A DNA stretch of 64,000 nt from an uncultured Clostridia bacterium (GTDB taxonomy: Bacteria; Bacillota; Clostridia; Tissierellales; DATGTQ01): contig CAYUTQ010000003.1 of NCBI GenBank assembly GCA_964447805.1, positions 2,402-66,401 of the forward strand, read 5' to 3'. Below the pieces are notes generated by a model that made no database searches, had not been told where the DNA came from, and worked only from the letters and a program-made list of their open reading frames with translations. Below, piece by piece: positions 41,070-53,891 of this stretch (the stretch's first letter is position 1; the number at the start of each line of letters is the position of its first letter). Position numbers and translations under genes: made by a program.

Positions 41070-44000
41070 TTGTTTGAATTGAATAATCTTGATTCAATAA
41101 GAATTGGTCTTGCTTCTCCAGAAAAAATCAGACAGTGGTCAAAAGGAGAAGTGAAGAAACCGGAAACTATTAATTATAGAACTTTAAAGCCAGAAAAGGA
41201 AGGCTTATTTTGTGAAAAAATATTTGGTCCAACAAAAGATTGGGAATGCCATTGTGGTAAATATAAAAGAGTAAGATATAAAGGAGTAGTTTGTGATAGA
41301 TGTGGTGTCGAAGTTACTAAATCTAAAGTGAGAAGAGAAAGAATGGGACATATTGAATTAGCTGCACCAGTGTCCCATATCTGGTATTTTAAAGGAATAC
41401 CTAGTAGAATGGGACTTATGTTAGATATGTCTCCTAGATCTTTAGAAAAAGTTCTTTATTTTGCTTCTTATATTGTAACGGATGCAGGTGAAACTTCTCT
41501 TTCTGAGAAACAACTTCTTAATGAAGCAGAGTATAGGGAAGCAAGAGAAAAATATGGTAATAATTTTAAGGCTGCTATGGGGGCAGAAGCAATAAAAGAA
41601 CTTCTTACTAAAATTGATTTAGATGAAGAATCAAAAGAACTGAGGACACAACTAAAAGAAGCAACTGGACAAAAGAAAGTGAGAATAACAAGAAGGTTAG
41701 AAGTAGTAGAAGCTTTTAGAAAATCTGGTAACAGACCAGAATGGATGATTTTAGATGCAATACCAGTAATTCCACCTGATTTAAGACCTATGGTTCAATT
41801 AGATGGTGGAAGGTTTGCTACATCTGATTTAAATGATTTGTATAGAAGAGTAATAAATAGAAATAATAGATTAAAAAGGCTTTTAGATTTAGGAGCACCA
41901 AATATTATTGTAAGAAATGAAAAAAGAATGTTACAAGAGGCTGTAGATGCATTGATTGATAATGGAAGAAGAGGAAGACCTGTAACAGGACCAGGAAATA
42001 GACCTCTAAAATCATTATCTGATATGCTCAAAGGAAAACAAGGAAGATTTAGACAAAATTTATTGGGTAAAAGAGTAGATTATTCTGGACGTTCCGTAAT
42101 AGTAGTAGGACCAGAATTGAAGTTTTATCAATGTGGTTTGCCCAAGAGAATGGCCCTTGAGTTATTTAAGCCTTTTGTTATGAAGAAATTAGTTGAAGAG
42201 GATTATGCTCATAATATTAAAAGTGCAAAGAGAATGGTAGAACGAGCAAAGCCTGAAGTTTGGGATGTATTAGATGTTGTAATAAAAGATCATCCTGTAC
42301 TTTTAAATAGAGCTCCTACTCTTCATAGATTAGGTATTCAAGCTTTTGAACCTGTATTAGTTGAGGGAAAAGCTATAAAGTTACATCCTCTTGTATGTAC
42401 TGCATATAATGCTGATTTTGATGGTGACCAAATGGCAGTTCACGTGCCATTATCTACAGAAGCTCAAGCAGAAGCAAGGCTTCTTATGTTATCTGTTAAT
42501 AATATATTGGCACCTAAAGATGGTAGTCCAATTACAACCCCCACTCAAGATATGGTATTAGGTAGTTATTATTTGACAGTGGATGTATCTGAAGAAAAAG
42601 GAGAAGGAAAAATATTCAAAGATTATGAAGAAATGCTTCACGCTTATTATAATGGCGATATAGATTTACATGCAAAAGTTAAGGTTAGACGAAAATTATA
42701 TGAAGAAGATAGAGGTAAATTAGTTGAAAGTACCGTTGGAAGATTTATATTTAATGAGCATATTCCACAAGATTTAGGATTTGTGAATAGAGAAGAAGAT
42801 TCTTATTCATTAGAGGTAGATACATTAGTAGATAAAAAAATGTTAGAAGATATTATAGAAAAATGTTATAGAAAGCATGGTAACACTATAACCGCAACTG
42901 TATTAGATCACATAAAGAAAGTTGGTTATCACTATTCTACTATAGGTGCAATAACTATTAGTATGTCTGATGTAAAAGTACCTAAAGAAAAGTCGAAATT
43001 ATTAGCTAAAGCAGAAGCAGAAGTAGATAAATTTGAAAAATCTTATAGAAGAGGACTTATTTCAGATGAAGAAAGATATGAAAAAGTAATTGAAATATGG
43101 GAAAGAACTACAGAAGATGTTACTGATGCTTTGATGAATGGATTAGATAAAATGAATAATGTTTTCATTATGGCTCATTCTGGAGCTAGAGGAAGTAAGA
43201 ATCAAATAAGACAATTAGCAGGTATGAGAGGCCTTATGGCAAGTGCTTCTGGAAAGACTATTGAAATTCCAATTCAAGCTAATTTTAGAGAAGGTCTAAC
43301 TGTACTTGAATTCTTTATTTCAACTCATGGTTCTAGGAAAGGTCTTGCAGATACTGCTCTTAGAACTGCAGATTCTGGTTATTTAACAAGAAGATTAGTA
43401 GATGTGAGCCAGGATGTTATGGTAAGAGAAGAAGATTGTGGAACAGATCAGTATATAAATGCTAAAGCTTTTATGGATGGAAATGAAGTTATTGAAAAGT
43501 TAAGAGATAGAATTATAGGTAGGTATGCTTTTGAAGACGTGGAAAATCCAAAAACAGGAGAAATAATAGTAAAAAGAAATGAAATGATAACAGAAAAAAA
43601 TGCTGATGAAATAGATAAGGCTGGTATTAAAGAAGTAAAAGTTAGATCTGTATTATGTTGTCAAACTCATTATGGAGTATGTGCAAAATGTTATGGTAGA
43701 AATTTAGCTACAGGAAGTCGTGTTCATGTAGGAGAAGCTGTAGGAACAATAGCTGCTCAATCAATAGGAGAACCAGGGACACAACTTACTATGCGTACTT
43801 TCCATACTGGTGGAGTAGCTGGAGCTGATATTACACAAGGGTTGCCAAGAGTTGAAGAATTATTTGAAGCGAGAAAGCCAAAAGGGTTAGCGATTATTTC
43901 AGAAATGGCTGGTAAAGTTTCAATAAGTGATGCTAAGAAGAAAAAGGAAGTAATAATGACAACAGAAGATGGAGAAACAAAGAGTTATAACATACCTTAT

Positions 44001-44588
44001 GGTTCAAGACTTAAAGTAAGAGAGGGAGATTTCATAGAAGCAGGAGATGAAATAACTGAAGGCTCTGTTAATCCACATGATATTTTAAAAATAAAAGGTG
44101 TTCAAGGAGTACAAAATTATTTAGTAAAAGAAGTACAAAGAGTTTACAGACTTCAAGGAGTAGACATTAATGACAAGCATATAGAAATAATAGTTAGACA
44201 AATGCTAAGTAAAGTAAAAATAGAAGATCCAGGTGATACTGATTTATTACCAGGAAGTCTTATTAATATACATTATTTTGAGAATACAAACAATGAGACC
44301 ATTGAAAATGGAGGAGAGCCAGCTGTTGGAAGAAGGGCTTTATTAGGTATTACGAAGGCATCTTTAGCTACAGAATCATTTTTATCAGCGGCATCTTTCC
44401 AAGAAACTACAAGAGTTCTTACAGAAGCAGCAATAAAAGGTAAGAAAGATGATTTAATTGGATTAAAAGAGAATGTAATAATTGGGAAACTTATACCAGC
44501 TGGTACTGGTATGAGACGATATAAAAATATTGAAGTTGCACCAGCAGATGTAGAGGAAGAAGAGATAATAGAAGAAGATGAAAATTAA
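41070..44588 (+). CDS. rpoC: DNA-directed RNA polymerase subunit beta'
   Basis: Zinc motif [20 protein letters not shown] and catalytic NADFDGD. TTG start lies 8 nt after AAAGGAGAG. Confidence 0.97.
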   Translation: MFELNNLDSIRIGLASPEKIRQWSKGEVKKPETINYRTLKPEKEGLFCEKIFGPTKDWECHCGKYKRVRYKGVVCDRCGVEVTKSKVRRERMGHIELAAPVSHIWYFKGIPSRMGLMLDMSPRSLEKVLYFASYIVTDAGETSLSEKQLLNEAEYREAREKYGNNFKAAMGAEAIKELLTKIDLDEESKELRTQLKEATGQKKVRITRRLEVVEAFRKSGNRPEWMILDAIPVIPPDLRPMVQLDGGRFATSDLNDLYRRVINRNNRLKRLLDLGAPNIIVRNEKRMLQEAVDALIDNGRRGRPVTGPGNRPLKSLSDMLKGKQGRFRQNLLGKRVDYSGRSVIVVGPELKFYQCGLPKRMALELFKPFVMKKLVEEDYAHNIKSAKRMVERAKPEVWDVLDVVIKDHPVLLNRAPTLHRLGIQAFEPVLVEGKAIKLHPLVCTAYNADFDGDQMAVHVPLSTEAQAEARLLMLSVNNILAPKDGSPITTPTQDMVLGSYYLTVDVSEEKGEGKIFKDYEEMLHAYYNGDIDLHAKVKVRRKLYEEDRGKLVESTVGRFIFNEHIPQDLGFVNREEDSYSLEVDTLVDKKMLEDIIEKCYRKHGNTITATVLDHIKKVGYHYSTIGAITISMSDVKVPKEKSKLLAKAEAEVDKFEKSYRRGLISDEERYEKVIEIWERTTEDVTDALMNGLDKMNNVFIMAHSGARGSKNQIRQLAGMRGLMASASGKTIEIPIQANFREGLTVLEFFISTHGSRKGLADTALRTADSGYLTRRLVDVSQDVMVREEDCGTDQYINAKAFMDGNEVIEKLRDRIIGRYAFEDVENPKTGEIIVKRNEMITEKNADEIDKAGIKEVKVRSVLCCQTHYGVCAKCYGRNLATGSRVHVGEAVGTIAAQSIGEPGTQLTMRTFHTGGVAGADITQGLPRVEELFEARKPKGLAIISEMAGKVSISDAKKKKEVIMTTEDGETKSYNIPYGSRLKVREGDFIEAGDEITEGSVNPHDILKIKGVQGVQNYLVKEVQRVYRLQGVDINDKHIEIIVRQMLSKVKIEDPGDTDLLPGSLINIHYFENTNNETIENGGEPAVGRRALLGITKASLATESFLSAASFQETTRVLTEAAIKGKKDDLIGLKENVIIGKLIPAGTGMRRYKNIEVAPADVEEEEIIEEDEN

Positions 44589-44600
44589 CAAGAAAAAATG

Positions 44601-44629
44601 TTGACAGTCAAATAAACTGATGATAAAAT
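44601..44629 (+). promoter_or_regulatory. Sigma-A type promoter of the L7Ae-like/rpsL-rpsG-fusA-tuf operon
   Basis: TTGACA (44601-44606), 17-nt spacer, TGaTAAAAT (extended -10, 44621-44629). Confidence 0.7.
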
Positions 44630-44726
44630 GTATTAGTGTGTAAATTTGAAGTGGACTCTTTAAAACATGAGGATTATGTGGATATCCACATAATCTTCTA
44701 GATGTTTAAAAGGGGGAGGAAACTTT

Positions 44727-44969
44727 ATGTTAAAGGAATTAAATACAAATAACAAAATCGTAGGTGCAAAACAAGTTAGAAGAGCAGTCAAAGAAGAGAA
44801 AGTTGAGAAAGTATTTATAGCAGAAGATGTTGAAGAAAAAATAGTAGCAGATATTAAAAAAATGTGTCAACAAAAATCTATAGATATTGTATATGTTAAA
44901 TCTATGAATGAATTAGGAAAAGCATGTGGTATTGATGTGAATGCAGCAATTGCTGCATTATTAAAATAA
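44727..44969 (+). CDS. ybxF: Ribosome-associated L7Ae-family protein (YbxF/RplGB-like)
   Basis: 80 aa. Lies between rpoC and rpsL, as B. subtilis ybxF does. L7Ae-like GAKQVRRAVKEEK ... ELGKACGIDVNAAIAALL. Confidence 0.85.
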   Translation: MLKELNTNNKIVGAKQVRRAVKEEKVEKVFIAEDVEEKIVADIKKMCQQKSIDIVYVKSMNELGKACGIDVNAAIAALLK

Positions 44970-44992
44970 ATTATTATTAAGGAGGTGTCTTA

Positions 44993-45406
44993 ATGCCAAC
45001 AATTAATCAACTTATAAGAAAAGGTAGAAAACAAGTTAAATATAAATCTAAGTCTCCAGCATTAGGTGTAAATTATAACTCGCTTAAAAAGAGAACTACA
45101 AATGTAAATTCTCCACAAAAAAGAGGAGTTTGTACTGCTGTTAAAACAGTAACACCTAAAAAACCTAATTCTGCTTTAAGAAAAGTAGCAAGAGTTAGAC
45201 TAACTAATGGAATGGAAGTAACAGCATATATTCCAGGAATTGGACACAACTTACAAGAACATAGTGTTGTTTTAGTAAGAGGGGGTAGAATTAAAGACCT
45301 TCCAGGAGTTAGGTATCATGTAGTTAGAGGTGCCTTAGATGCTGCTGGAGTAGAAGATAGAAAGCAAAGTAGATCAAAGTATGGAGTAAAGAAACCTCAA
45401 AAATAA
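44993..45406 (+). CDS. rpsL: 30S ribosomal protein S12
   Basis: N-terminus [12 protein letters not shown] and [19 protein letters not shown] motif. Confidence 0.98.
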   Translation: MPTINQLIRKGRKQVKYKSKSPALGVNYNSLKKRTTNVNSPQKRGVCTAVKTVTPKKPNSALRKVARVRLTNGMEVTAYIPGIGHNLQEHSVVLVRGGRIKDLPGVRYHVVRGALDAAGVEDRKQSRSKYGVKKPQK

Positions 45407-45503
45407 TATGAGTGCTGGAATGCATTGGATTTATTCCATTTTATATAGATGCATTTTGTGCACGACGACAGTTAAGACTGTCGAGTACCTATGAATCTAC
45501 TAA

Positions 45504-45998
<495 letters not shown>

Positions 45999-46054
45999 TT
46001 TGATTATATTTGTAAAAGGCGGCAGGAATACAAGTAACAGAAAGGAGGAATACT

Positions 46055-48115
46055 GTGCCTAGAGAATTTCAGTTAGAAAAAATTAGAAATATAGGTATAA
46101 TGGCTCACATAGATGCAGGAAAAACAACTACAACCGAAAGAATATTATTCTATACTGGAAAAATTCATAAACTAGGGGAAACTCATGAAGGTTCAGCTCA
46201 AATGGATTGGATGGAACAAGAACAGGAAAGAGGAATAACTATAACATCTGCTGCGACAACTTGTCATTGGCGAGACCATAGAGTTAACATTATTGACACA
46301 CCAGGACACGTGGATTTTACTGTGGAAGTAGAAAGATCTCTTCGTGTTCTCGATGGTGCAGTAGCACTTTTCTGTGCCAAGGGTGGAGTAGAACCACAAT
46401 CAGAAACAGTATGGCGACAAGCAGATAAATACCATGTGCCACGTTTAGCATTTGTTAACAAAATGGATATACTTGGTGCAGATTTTTATAGAGTAGTTAA
46501 GATGATAAAAGAAAGACTTAATGCCTGCCCAGTCCCAATACAATTACCTATAGGGAAAGAAGATAATTTTATAGGTGTTGTAGATTTAATTGAGATGAAT
46601 GCAAGGGTATATGATGATAAATTAGGAGAAAAGGTTGAAATAGTAGAAATACCTGAAGATATGATGAGTTTAGCAGAGGAATATAGAGAAAAAATGTTAG
46701 AAACTTTAGCAGAGTATGATGAAGAATTAATGATTAAATATCTTGAGGGAGAAGAAATAACTGTTGAAAAAATAAAAAAGGTTATTAGAGAAGCAACTCT
46801 TAAGGCTGAAATTACACCAGTATTATGTGGTTCTTCATATAAAAACAGAGGAGTACAGCCTTTATTGGATGCAATTATAGATTATATGCCTTCTCCAATA
46901 GATATACCTCCAGTTAAAGGTATAGGAGCACTATCTGATGAGGAGGAAGAGAGAGAATCATCAGATGATGAACCATTTTCTGCATTAGCATTTAAAATAG
47001 TGACTGATCCTTATGTTGGTAAGCTTGCATATTTTAGAGTTTATTCTGGAACACTTAAAGCAGGGAGTTATGTTTTAAATCCAGTAAAGGACAAAAAAGA
47101 AAGAATAGGTAGAATTCTTCTTATGCATGCTAACAAGAGGGTAGAAGTAGATGAAGTGTATGCAGGAGACATAGCAGCAGCAGTAGGGTTAAAAGACACA
47201 GGAACAGGAGATACATTATGTTCTGAAGAACATCCAATTGTATTGGAATCTATGGAATTTCCTGAACCAGTAATAGATGTAGCTATTGAACCTAAAACTA
47301 AAGCAAGTCAAGAAAAGATGACTATTGCATTGGCAAAACTTGCTGAAGAAGATCCAACATTTAAAACATATACAGACGAAGAAACTGGACAGATTATTAT
47401 AGCAGGAATGGGAGAATTACATTTGGAAATAATAGTTGATAGACTTTTGAGAGAATTTAAAGTTGAAGCTAATGTAGGTAGTCCACAGGTTGCTTACAAA
47501 GAAACTATTACTGTTCCAACTGAAGTAGAAACTAAATATGTAAAACAATCTGGTGGTCATGGTCAATATGGTCATGTAAAAATTAAAGTTGAACCAAAAG
47601 AAGGTTATGAATTTGTGAATAAGATAACTGGAGGAGCAATTCCGAAAGATTATATACCAGCAGTAGATAGTGGTATTCAAGAAGCTATGAATAGCGGTAT
47701 CTTAGGAGGATACCCAGTAACAGATGTAAAAGTAACATTATTTGATGGTTCATATCATGAAGTGGATTCATCAGAAATGGCGTTTAAAATTGCGGGTTCT
47801 ATGGCATTTAAAGAAGCTATGAGAAAAGCAAAATCTGTTTTACTTGAACCTATTATGAAAGTTGAAGTAATAGTACCCGAAGAGTATATGGGAGATGTAA
47901 TGGGAGATATCAATGGTAGAAGAGGTAGAATTGAAGGAATGGAACTTGTCAGTGGAGCTCAAGTAATAAGAGGATTTGTGCCTCTTTCTGAAATGTTTGG
48001 ATATGCGACAGACTTACGTTCCAAGACTCAAGGTAGAGGAACTTATACAATGCAATTTGACCATTATGGATCCGTACCAAAGAATATTGAAGAAAAAATA
48101 TTAGGACATAAATAA
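46055..48115 (+). CDS. fusA: Elongation factor G (canonical)
   Basis: [21 protein letters not shown], and domain IV tip [12 protein letters not shown]. Standard str-operon position. GTG start follows AAAGGAGG. Confidence 0.97.
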   Translation: MPREFQLEKIRNIGIMAHIDAGKTTTTERILFYTGKIHKLGETHEGSAQMDWMEQEQERGITITSAATTCHWRDHRVNIIDTPGHVDFTVEVERSLRVLDGAVALFCAKGGVEPQSETVWRQADKYHVPRLAFVNKMDILGADFYRVVKMIKERLNACPVPIQLPIGKEDNFIGVVDLIEMNARVYDDKLGEKVEIVEIPEDMMSLAEEYREKMLETLAEYDEELMIKYLEGEEITVEKIKKVIREATLKAEITPVLCGSSYKNRGVQPLLDAIIDYMPSPIDIPPVKGIGALSDEEEERESSDDEPFSALAFKIVTDPYVGKLAYFRVYSGTLKAGSYVLNPVKDKKERIGRILLMHANKRVEVDEVYAGDIAAAVGLKDTGTGDTLCSEEHPIVLESMEFPEPVIDVAIEPKTKASQEKMTIALAKLAEEDPTFKTYTDEETGQIIIAGMGELHLEIIVDRLLREFKVEANVGSPQVAYKETITVPTEVETKYVKQSGGHGQYGHVKIKVEPKEGYEFVNKITGGAIPKDYIPAVDSGIQEAMNSGILGGYPVTDVKVTLFDGSYHEVDSSEMAFKIAGSMAFKEAMRKAKSVLLEPIMKVEVIVPEEYMGDVMGDINGRRGRIEGMELVSGAQVIRGFVPLSEMFGYATDLRSKTQGRGTYTMQFDHYGSVPKNIEEKILGHK

Positions 48116-49342
48116 ATGATTAAGGAGGAATTAAAAAATGGGAAAAGCAAAATATGAAAGAACCAAACCTCATGTAAATATAGGAACAATAGGTCATGTT
48201 GACCATGGTAAAACAACATTAACAGCAGCAATAACAACAGTATTGAATTCAAGAAAAGGTTCTGGAGAGGTAATGAGTTATGAAAATATTGATAAGGCAC
48301 CAGAAGAAAGAGAAAGAGGAATAACAATATCTACATCACATGTAGAATATGAAACAGAAAAACGTCATTACGCACACGTAGACTGTCCAGGACATGCTGA
48401 CTATGTAAAGAACATGATTACAGGAGCAGCACAAATGGATGGTGCAATATTAGTAGTATCAGCAGCAGATGGTCCAATGCCACAAACAAGAGAACATATA
48501 TTACTTTCAAGACAAGTAGGAGTACCAAATATAGTAGTGTTTTTAAACAAAGCAGATATGGTAGATGATGATGAATTAATAGAATTGGTAGATATGGAAG
48601 TAAGAGAATTATTAAATGAATATGAATTTGACGGAGATAATGCAAAGATAATAGTAGGTTCAGCACTTAAGGCAATAGAAGAACCAGAAAGTGAATGGGG
48701 AGACAAAATAATGGAATTAATGGATGCAATAGATGAAGAAATTCCAGAGCCAGAAAGAGAAACAGACAAACCATTCTTAATGCCAGTAGAAGATGTATTT
48801 TCAATAACAGGAAGAGGAACAGTAGCAACAGGAAGAGTAGAAAGAGGAGTACTTCATACAGGAGATGAAGTAGAAATAGTAGGATTACAAGATAAACCAA
48901 GAAAAGTAGTAGTAACAGGAGTAGAAATGTTTAGGAAGGTATTAGACGAAGCCCAAGCAGGAGATAATATAGGAGCATTACTTAGAGGAGTTCAAAGAGA
49001 TGAAATAGAGAGAGGTCAAGTATTAGCAAAACCAGGAAGCATTACTCCACATACAAAATTTGAAGCAGAAGTATATGTATTAACAAAAGAAGAAGGAGGA
49101 AGACATACACCATTCTTTGATGGATACAGACCACAATTTTTCTTTAGGACAACAGATGTAACAGGAAATATTGAATTAGAAGAAGGCGTAGAAATGGTAA
49201 TGCCTGGAGATAATGCTAAGTTTATAATAGAATTGATAACACCAGTAGCAATGGAAGAAGGTCTAAGATTTGCTATTCGTGAAGGTGGAAGAACTGTAGG
49301 AGCAGGAGTAGTTTCTAAAGTACTTGAATAGTAATTAAAAGA
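48116..49342 (+). repeat. 1227-bp duplicated segment (tuf plus flanks), copy 2
   Basis: See copy 1. The shared upstream string is ATGATTAAGGAGGAATTAAAAA and the shared downstream string is TAATTAAAAGA. The flanks diverge completely beyond these. Confidence 0.9.
48138..49331 (+). CDS. tuf: Elongation factor Tu (copy 2)
   Basis: Protein identical to copy 1. Standard position after fusA. Confidence 0.98.
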   Translation: MGKAKYERTKPHVNIGTIGHVDHGKTTLTAAITTVLNSRKGSGEVMSYENIDKAPEERERGITISTSHVEYETEKRHYAHVDCPGHADYVKNMITGAAQMDGAILVVSAADGPMPQTREHILLSRQVGVPNIVVFLNKADMVDDDELIELVDMEVRELLNEYEFDGDNAKIIVGSALKAIEEPESEWGDKIMELMDAIDEEIPEPERETDKPFLMPVEDVFSITGRGTVATGRVERGVLHTGDEVEIVGLQDKPRKVVVTGVEMFRKVLDEAQAGDNIGALLRGVQRDEIERGQVLAKPGSITPHTKFEAEVYVLTKEEGGRHTPFFDGYRPQFFFRTTDVTGNIELEEGVEMVMPGDNAKFIIELITPVAMEEGLRFAIREGGRTVGAGVVSKVLE

Positions 49343-49418
49343 TATTTTAACATTAGAGGAAGGGGAAACCCTTCTTTTAATGTCTACTAATAATATTAAA
49401 AAAAATTAGTAATAACCC

Positions 49419-49447
49419 TTGAATTATTTAAGGTTTTGTTATAAAAT
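49419..49447 (+). promoter_or_regulatory. Sigma-A type promoter of the S10 operon
   Basis: TTGAAT (49419-49424), 17-nt spacer, TAAAAT (49442-49447). Confidence 0.6.
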
Positions 49448-49655
49448 AGAGAAGTGTGCAAATTCCAATGTTGCGATGAAGCAAAAGGTTGCTGTTTTGC
49501 AGGGAATTTTTGCTGAGAATGTTCGATCAAGAATCGAGCGACTGGAATTGTTTAGGGTACACTTATTTAAAAAATATTACAATACACCCGGTTAAGTGTA
49601 TCGACAATTCTAAGTCGCATGTAAGATTAAACATGCGATAGAAGGAGGGAATTTA

Positions 49656-49979
49656 ATGGCTAATAAAAGTAATGAAAATCAAAAAATAAGAATTAGGTTG
49701 AAAGCGTATGATCATGAGCTTATTGACACATCAGCTCAAAAAATTGTGGAAGCTGCTAAGAGAACAGGTGCAACTGTATCTGGCCCTGTACCTTTGCCAA
49801 CAGAAAAAGAAGTTGTTACTGTACTTAGAGCAGTACACAAATATAAGGATGCTAGAGAACAATTTGAGCAAAGAACTCATAAAAGATTGATTGATATTTT
49901 AAACCCAAACCAAAAGACTGTAGATTCTTTGATGAAGATGAATTTACCTGCAGGAGTAGATATTGAAATAAAATTATAG
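49656..49979 (+). CDS. rpsJ: 30S ribosomal protein S10
   Basis: [16 protein letters not shown] signature. AAGGAGGG RBS. Confidence 0.97.
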   Translation: MANKSNENQKIRIRLKAYDHELIDTSAQKIVEAAKRTGATVSGPVPLPTEKEVVTVLRAVHKYKDAREQFEQRTHKRLIDILNPNQKTVDSLMKMNLPAGVDIEIKL

Positions 49980-50035
49980 TTTCTTAGAATGATTACTTTT
50001 AAGTAATCCGCTGTAAGATAATAGGAGGTGTAGTG

Positions 50036-50668
50036 ATGAAAAAAATATTGGGTAAAAAAATTGGTATGACTCAAATATTTAATGAAGATGGAACTGTTGT
50101 GCCAGTAACTGTTATAGAAGCAGGACCTGTAAAAGTAGTACAAAAGAAAACTCTTGAAAATGATGGATACAATGCTATACAAGTTGGTTATGAAGCAAAA
50201 AAGGAAAGAAAAGTAAACAAACCATTAAAGGGACATTTTGATAAGGCACAAGTAGAATATCAAAAATATTTAAGAGAGTTTGCTGTTGAAAATCCTGATG
50301 AATTTGAAATTGGTCAAGAAATAAAAGTAGATATATTTGAAACAGGAGAAAAAATAGATGTAACAGGAGTATCAAAAGGAAAAGGAACTCAAGGACCAAT
50401 TAAAAGATATGGTTTAAGAAGAGGACGTGAAAGTCACGGTTCTAAGTACCATAGAGCTCCTGGTGCAATGTCAGCAGCATCTTCACCAGGTAGAGTATTA
50501 AAGGGAAAGAAATTAGCAGGAAGAATGGGTAATGAAAAAGTAACAGTGCAAAATCTAGAAATTGCTAGAGTAGATGGAGAAAGAAACTTACTACTTGTTA
50601 AAGGTGCAGTGCCAGGACCAAAGGGCAGTTTTGTAACAATAAAACAAAGTGTAAAAGTAGCAAAATAA
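50036..50668 (+). CDS. rplC: 50S ribosomal protein L3
   Basis: [16 protein letters not shown]-terminus. ATG 50036 follows GGAGGTG. Confidence 0.97.
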   Translation: MKKILGKKIGMTQIFNEDGTVVPVTVIEAGPVKVVQKKTLENDGYNAIQVGYEAKKERKVNKPLKGHFDKAQVEYQKYLREFAVENPDEFEIGQEIKVDIFETGEKIDVTGVSKGKGTQGPIKRYGLRRGRESHGSKYHRAPGAMSAASSPGRVLKGKKLAGRMGNEKVTVQNLEIARVDGERNLLLVKGAVPGPKGSFVTIKQSVKVAK

Positions 50669-50690
50669 CTGCTGGAAAGGAGGATTAAGG

Positions 50691-51314
50691 ATGCCAAAAG
50701 TTAATGTTTATAATGTGTCGGGTGAACAAGTTGATGAAATTGAATTAAGCGACAAGGTATTTGGTGTTGAAATAAATGAATATGCTGTACATGAAGTTGT
50801 AAAGAACCAACTTGCAAATAGAAGACAAGGAACTCAATCAGCTAAAACTAGAACTGAAGTTAGAGGTGGAGGAAAAAAACCTTGGAGACAAAAAGGTACT
50901 GGAAGGGCTAGACAAGGAAGTATTAGAGCACCTCATTGGCCAGGTGGTGGAGTGACTTTTGCACCAAAACCAAGGGATTATAGTTATAAGGTACCTAAAA
51001 AAACAAGAAAATTAGCAATGAAAAGTGCTTTAACTTCAAAAGTTGCAAATAATGAAATAATTGTTTTAGATGAATTAGTTTTCGATACACCAAAAACTAA
51101 AGAAATAGTAAAATTATTGGAAAATATAAAAGCAGAGAAGAAAGCATTAATTGTTACTGATGAAAGAAATGAAAATATATTTAAAGCAGCAAGAAATATT
51201 CCGAATGTAGAGACTATATTAGTAAATACATTGAATGTTTATGATTTATTGAATTATGATTCCTTCATTATTACGAAAGCTGCATTAAAAAAGGTGGAGG
51301 AGGTGTATCTATGA
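50691..51314 (+). CDS. rplD: 50S ribosomal protein L4
   Basis: [21 protein letters not shown] motif. S10-operon order. Confidence 0.97.
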   Translation: MPKVNVYNVSGEQVDEIELSDKVFGVEINEYAVHEVVKNQLANRRQGTQSAKTRTEVRGGGKKPWRQKGTGRARQGSIRAPHWPGGGVTFAPKPRDYSYKVPKKTRKLAMKSALTSKVANNEIIVLDELVFDTPKTKEIVKLLENIKAEKKALIVTDERNENIFKAARNIPNVETILVNTLNVYDLLNYDSFIITKAALKKVEEVYL

Positions 51315-51607
51315 TGCGTAACCCATACGATATTATAATTAAGCCTATTATCACTGAAGAAAGTATGGATGCAATGGCTATGGGTAAATATACATTTATG
51401 GTAGATAAGAAGGCTAATAAAAGTGAAATTAAGAAAGCTGTTGAAAGTGTTTTTGATGTAAAAGTTGCTAGTGTAAATACTATAAATGTGTTAGGGAAAG
51501 AAAAAAGACTAGGAGTCCATGTAGGAAGAACACCTAATTGGAAGAAGGCAATTATTACTTTAACTGAAGATAGTGAAAGTATAGAATTCTTTGAAGGAAT
51601 GGAGTAG
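51311..51607 (+). CDS. rplW: 50S ribosomal protein L23
   Basis: [13 protein letters not shown]-terminus. Overlaps rplD by 4 nt. Confidence 0.96.
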   Translation: MMRNPYDIIIKPIITEESMDAMAMGKYTFMVDKKANKSEIKKAVESVFDVKVASVNTINVLGKEKRLGVHVGRTPNWKKAIITLTEDSESIEFFEGME

Positions 51608-51639
51608 ATTAAAGTTTTAAAAGAAGGAGGGAAATGATA

Positions 51640-52470
51640 ATGGCTATTAAAAAATATAAGGCAACTTCCCCAGCTTTGAGACGTATGACAGTTTCAAATT
51701 TTAAAGAAATTTCTAACAAAAAGCCAGAAAAGGCTTTATTGGCTAAAAAGAACAAAACTGGTGGAAGAAATGTACGTGGTACTATAACTTCTCGCCACAA
51801 AGGTGGTGGTGTAAAAAGAAAATATAGAATAGTAGATTTTAGAAGAGATAAAGATGGTATTCCAGGGAAAGTAGTGGCTATCGAATATGATCCTAATAGG
51901 ACTGCGAATATAGCACTTATTAATTATGTTGATGGTGAAAAAAGATATATATTGGCTCCTTATGGATTGAAAATAGGAGATGTAATAGAGTCTGGTGTAG
52001 AAGCAGATATAAAAACTGGAAATACTTTAGCTTTGAGAAATATACCTGTTGGAACAACTGTTCACAATATTGAATTAAGACCAGGAAAAGGAGCACAATT
52101 AGTAAGATCTGCTGGAGCTGAAGCTCAACTTATAGCTAAAGAAGACAATTATGCTCATATAAAATTACCATCAGGTGAAGTAAGATTAATAAGTCTTAAT
52201 TGTCGTGCTACAGTAGGTCAGGTAGGTAATATAGAACATGAAAATATTACTTTAGGAAAAGCAGGTAAGAGTAGATATCTAGGAATAAGACCAAAAGTAC
52301 GAGGTAGTGCAATGAATCCAGTTGATCACCCTCATGGTGGAGGAGAAGGAAGAACACCTATTGGTATGCCATCACCAGTAACTCCATGGGGTAAACCAAC
52401 ATTGGGATACAAAACTAGAAAGAAAAATAAAAAATCTAATAGATATATTGTTAGACAAAGACCTAGATAG
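51640..52470 (+). CDS. rplB: 50S ribosomal protein L2
   Basis: [12 protein letters not shown]-terminus and the HPHGGGEGR motif. ATG 51640 lies 8 nt after GGAGGG, whereas the track ATG 51634 lies only 2 nt after it. Confidence 0.97.
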   Translation: MAIKKYKATSPALRRMTVSNFKEISNKKPEKALLAKKNKTGGRNVRGTITSRHKGGGVKRKYRIVDFRRDKDGIPGKVVAIEYDPNRTANIALINYVDGEKRYILAPYGLKIGDVIESGVEADIKTGNTLALRNIPVGTTVHNIELRPGKGAQLVRSAGAEAQLIAKEDNYAHIKLPSGEVRLISLNCRATVGQVGNIEHENITLGKAGKSRYLGIRPKVRGSAMNPVDHPHGGGEGRTPIGMPSPVTPWGKPTLGYKTRKKNKKSNRYIVRQRPR

Positions 52471-52500
52471 TTATATTGTACATTGAAAGGAGGAAAAAAT

Positions 52501-52794
52501 ATGGGTAGATCTATTAAAAAGGGACCTTTTTGTGATGATCATTTGATGAAAAAGGTAGAAGAATTAAATAAGAAGAATAAGAAAAAGGTTATTAAAACTT
52601 GGTCCCGTAGATCAACTATTTTCCCAGAAATGGTTGGTCATACAATTGCTGTTCATGATGGAAGGAAACATGTTCCTATATATATAACAGAAGATATGGT
52701 GGGACACAAACTAGGCGAATTTGTACCTACTAGAATATTTAAAGGACACGGTGAAAAGGGAGAAAGAACGGAAGAAACTACAATATTAAAATAA
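52501..52794 (+). CDS. rpsS: 30S ribosomal protein S19
   Basis: [11 protein letters not shown]-terminus. AAAGGAGG RBS. The track start at 52483 lies immediately upstream of the SD, so that reading frame would run through it. Confidence 0.96.
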   Translation: MGRSIKKGPFCDDHLMKKVEELNKKNKKKVIKTWSRRSTIFPEMVGHTIAVHDGRKHVPIYITEDMVGHKLGEFVPTRIFKGHGEKGERTEETTILK

Positions 52795-52825
52795 AGCCCA
52801 ATAGAAGATAAAGGAGGGAATGGAA

Positions 52826-53161
52826 GTGGAAGCCAGAGCAATTGCTAAACATGTGCGAATCTCACCCTTAAAAGTCAATTATATTTGTGATGAAATAAGA
52901 GGAAAAAATGTAGATGAAGCTCTTGCAATATTAAGATTTACACCTAAAAAGGGTGCAAAAGAATTGGAAAAGGTACTAAATTCTGCTATTGCAAATGCTG
53001 AAAATAATTTTGGTATGGATAGGGATGACCTTTATGTATTGAAAGCTTATGCAAATGATGGTCCAACTTATAAAAGATGGAGACCTAGAGCTAGAGGAAT
53101 GGCTTATCCAATACTAAAGAGAACTAGTCATATAGGAGTAGTAGTAAAAGAACGTGAGTAG
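52826..53161 (+). CDS. rplV: 50S ribosomal protein L22
   Basis: (M)[16 protein letters not shown] aligns with L22 N-termini. GTG 52826 lies 7 nt after GGAGGG. ATG 52820 is the alternative. Confidence 0.95.
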   Translation: MEARAIAKHVRISPLKVNYICDEIRGKNVDEALAILRFTPKKGAKELEKVLNSAIANAENNFGMDRDDLYVLKAYANDGPTYKRWRPRARGMAYPILKRTSHIGVVVKERE

Positions 53162-53178
53162 AAAAGGAGGGATAATTA

Positions 53179-53859
53179 ATGGGTCAAAAAGTGAATCCAC
53201 ATGGATTGAGAATTGGTGTAATTAAAGATTGGGACTCAAAATGGTTTGCTGATAAAGAAAATTTTAGTGAATTCTTAATAGAAGATTATAAGATACGTAA
53301 ACATATAAAAAACAAAATGTTTATTGCAGGTATTTCAAATATTGAAATTGAAAGAGCTGCAAATAGAATAAAAATATCAGTTTATACTGCAAAACCAGGG
53401 ATGGTTATAGGTAAAGGTGGCAAAGGTGTAGAGGCTCTAAGAAAAGATTTAGAAAAAATGACTGGTAAAAAAGTGATTGTGAATGTAGAAGAAGTTAAAA
53501 TTCCAGAACTGGATGCTCAATTAGTAGCTGAGAATATAGCAGGACAATTAGAGAGAAGAATTTCTTATAGAAGAGCAATGAAACAAGCAATTAATAGAAG
53601 TAGAAGAGTAGGAGCAAAAGGTATAAAGACACAAGTATCAGGTAGATTAGGTGGTGCCGATATGGCAAGAACTGAAGGGTATAATGAAGGAACAATACCA
53701 CTTCAAACCTTAAGAGCTGATATTGATTATGGTTTTGCAGAAGCAGATACAACTTATGGTAAAATTGGTGTAAAAGTATGGATATATAAAGGAGAAGTTC
53801 TTCCTATTAATAAATCTGAAGAAGGAAAAGATGAAAATAAAGGGAAAAGTAAAAAATAA
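53179..53859 (+). CDS. rpsC: 30S ribosomal protein S3
   Basis: [14 protein letters not shown]-terminus and a KH domain. Confidence 0.97.
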   Translation: MGQKVNPHGLRIGVIKDWDSKWFADKENFSEFLIEDYKIRKHIKNKMFIAGISNIEIERAANRIKISVYTAKPGMVIGKGGKGVEALRKDLEKMTGKKVIVNVEEVKIPELDAQLVAENIAGQLERRISYRRAMKQAINRSRRVGAKGIKTQVSGRLGGADMARTEGYNEGTIPLQTLRADIDYGFAEADTTYGKIGVKVWIYKGEVLPINKSEEGKDENKGKSKK

Positions 53860-53891
53860 ATAATAAATAGTATAGGAAGGAGGAAGAAAAA

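Noticed and set aside
44669-44701. K-turn motif in the internal loop of the L7Ae-operon leader, which would suggest autoregulation by the L7Ae-like protein.
   Set aside because: I tried both strand assignments. The loop (GAG versus TTCTAG) does not give the required 3-nt bulge followed by tandem sheared G-A/A-G pairs, because the bulged strand reads AG rather than GA. A consensus K-turn is therefore not supported, although the hairpin itself stands.
46190-46470. Locally GC-richer patch in the fusA 5' region that generates two long antisense ORFs, considered as possible horizontal patch or mosaicism.
   Set aside because: The excess consists of C-ending two-fold codons (AAC, GAC, CAC, TAC, TTC) and conserved G-domain residues. 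This pattern is typical of highly expressed genes and is also visible in tuf. There is no boundary signature of recombination.
49350-49382. Hairpin after tuf copy 2 (CATTAGAGGAAGGG / CCCTTCTTTTAATG) as a canonical terminator.
   Set aside because: The stem is good (14 bp with two G-U pairs) but no T-run follows it. It may still terminate or stabilise the transcript, but I did not list it as a confident terminator.
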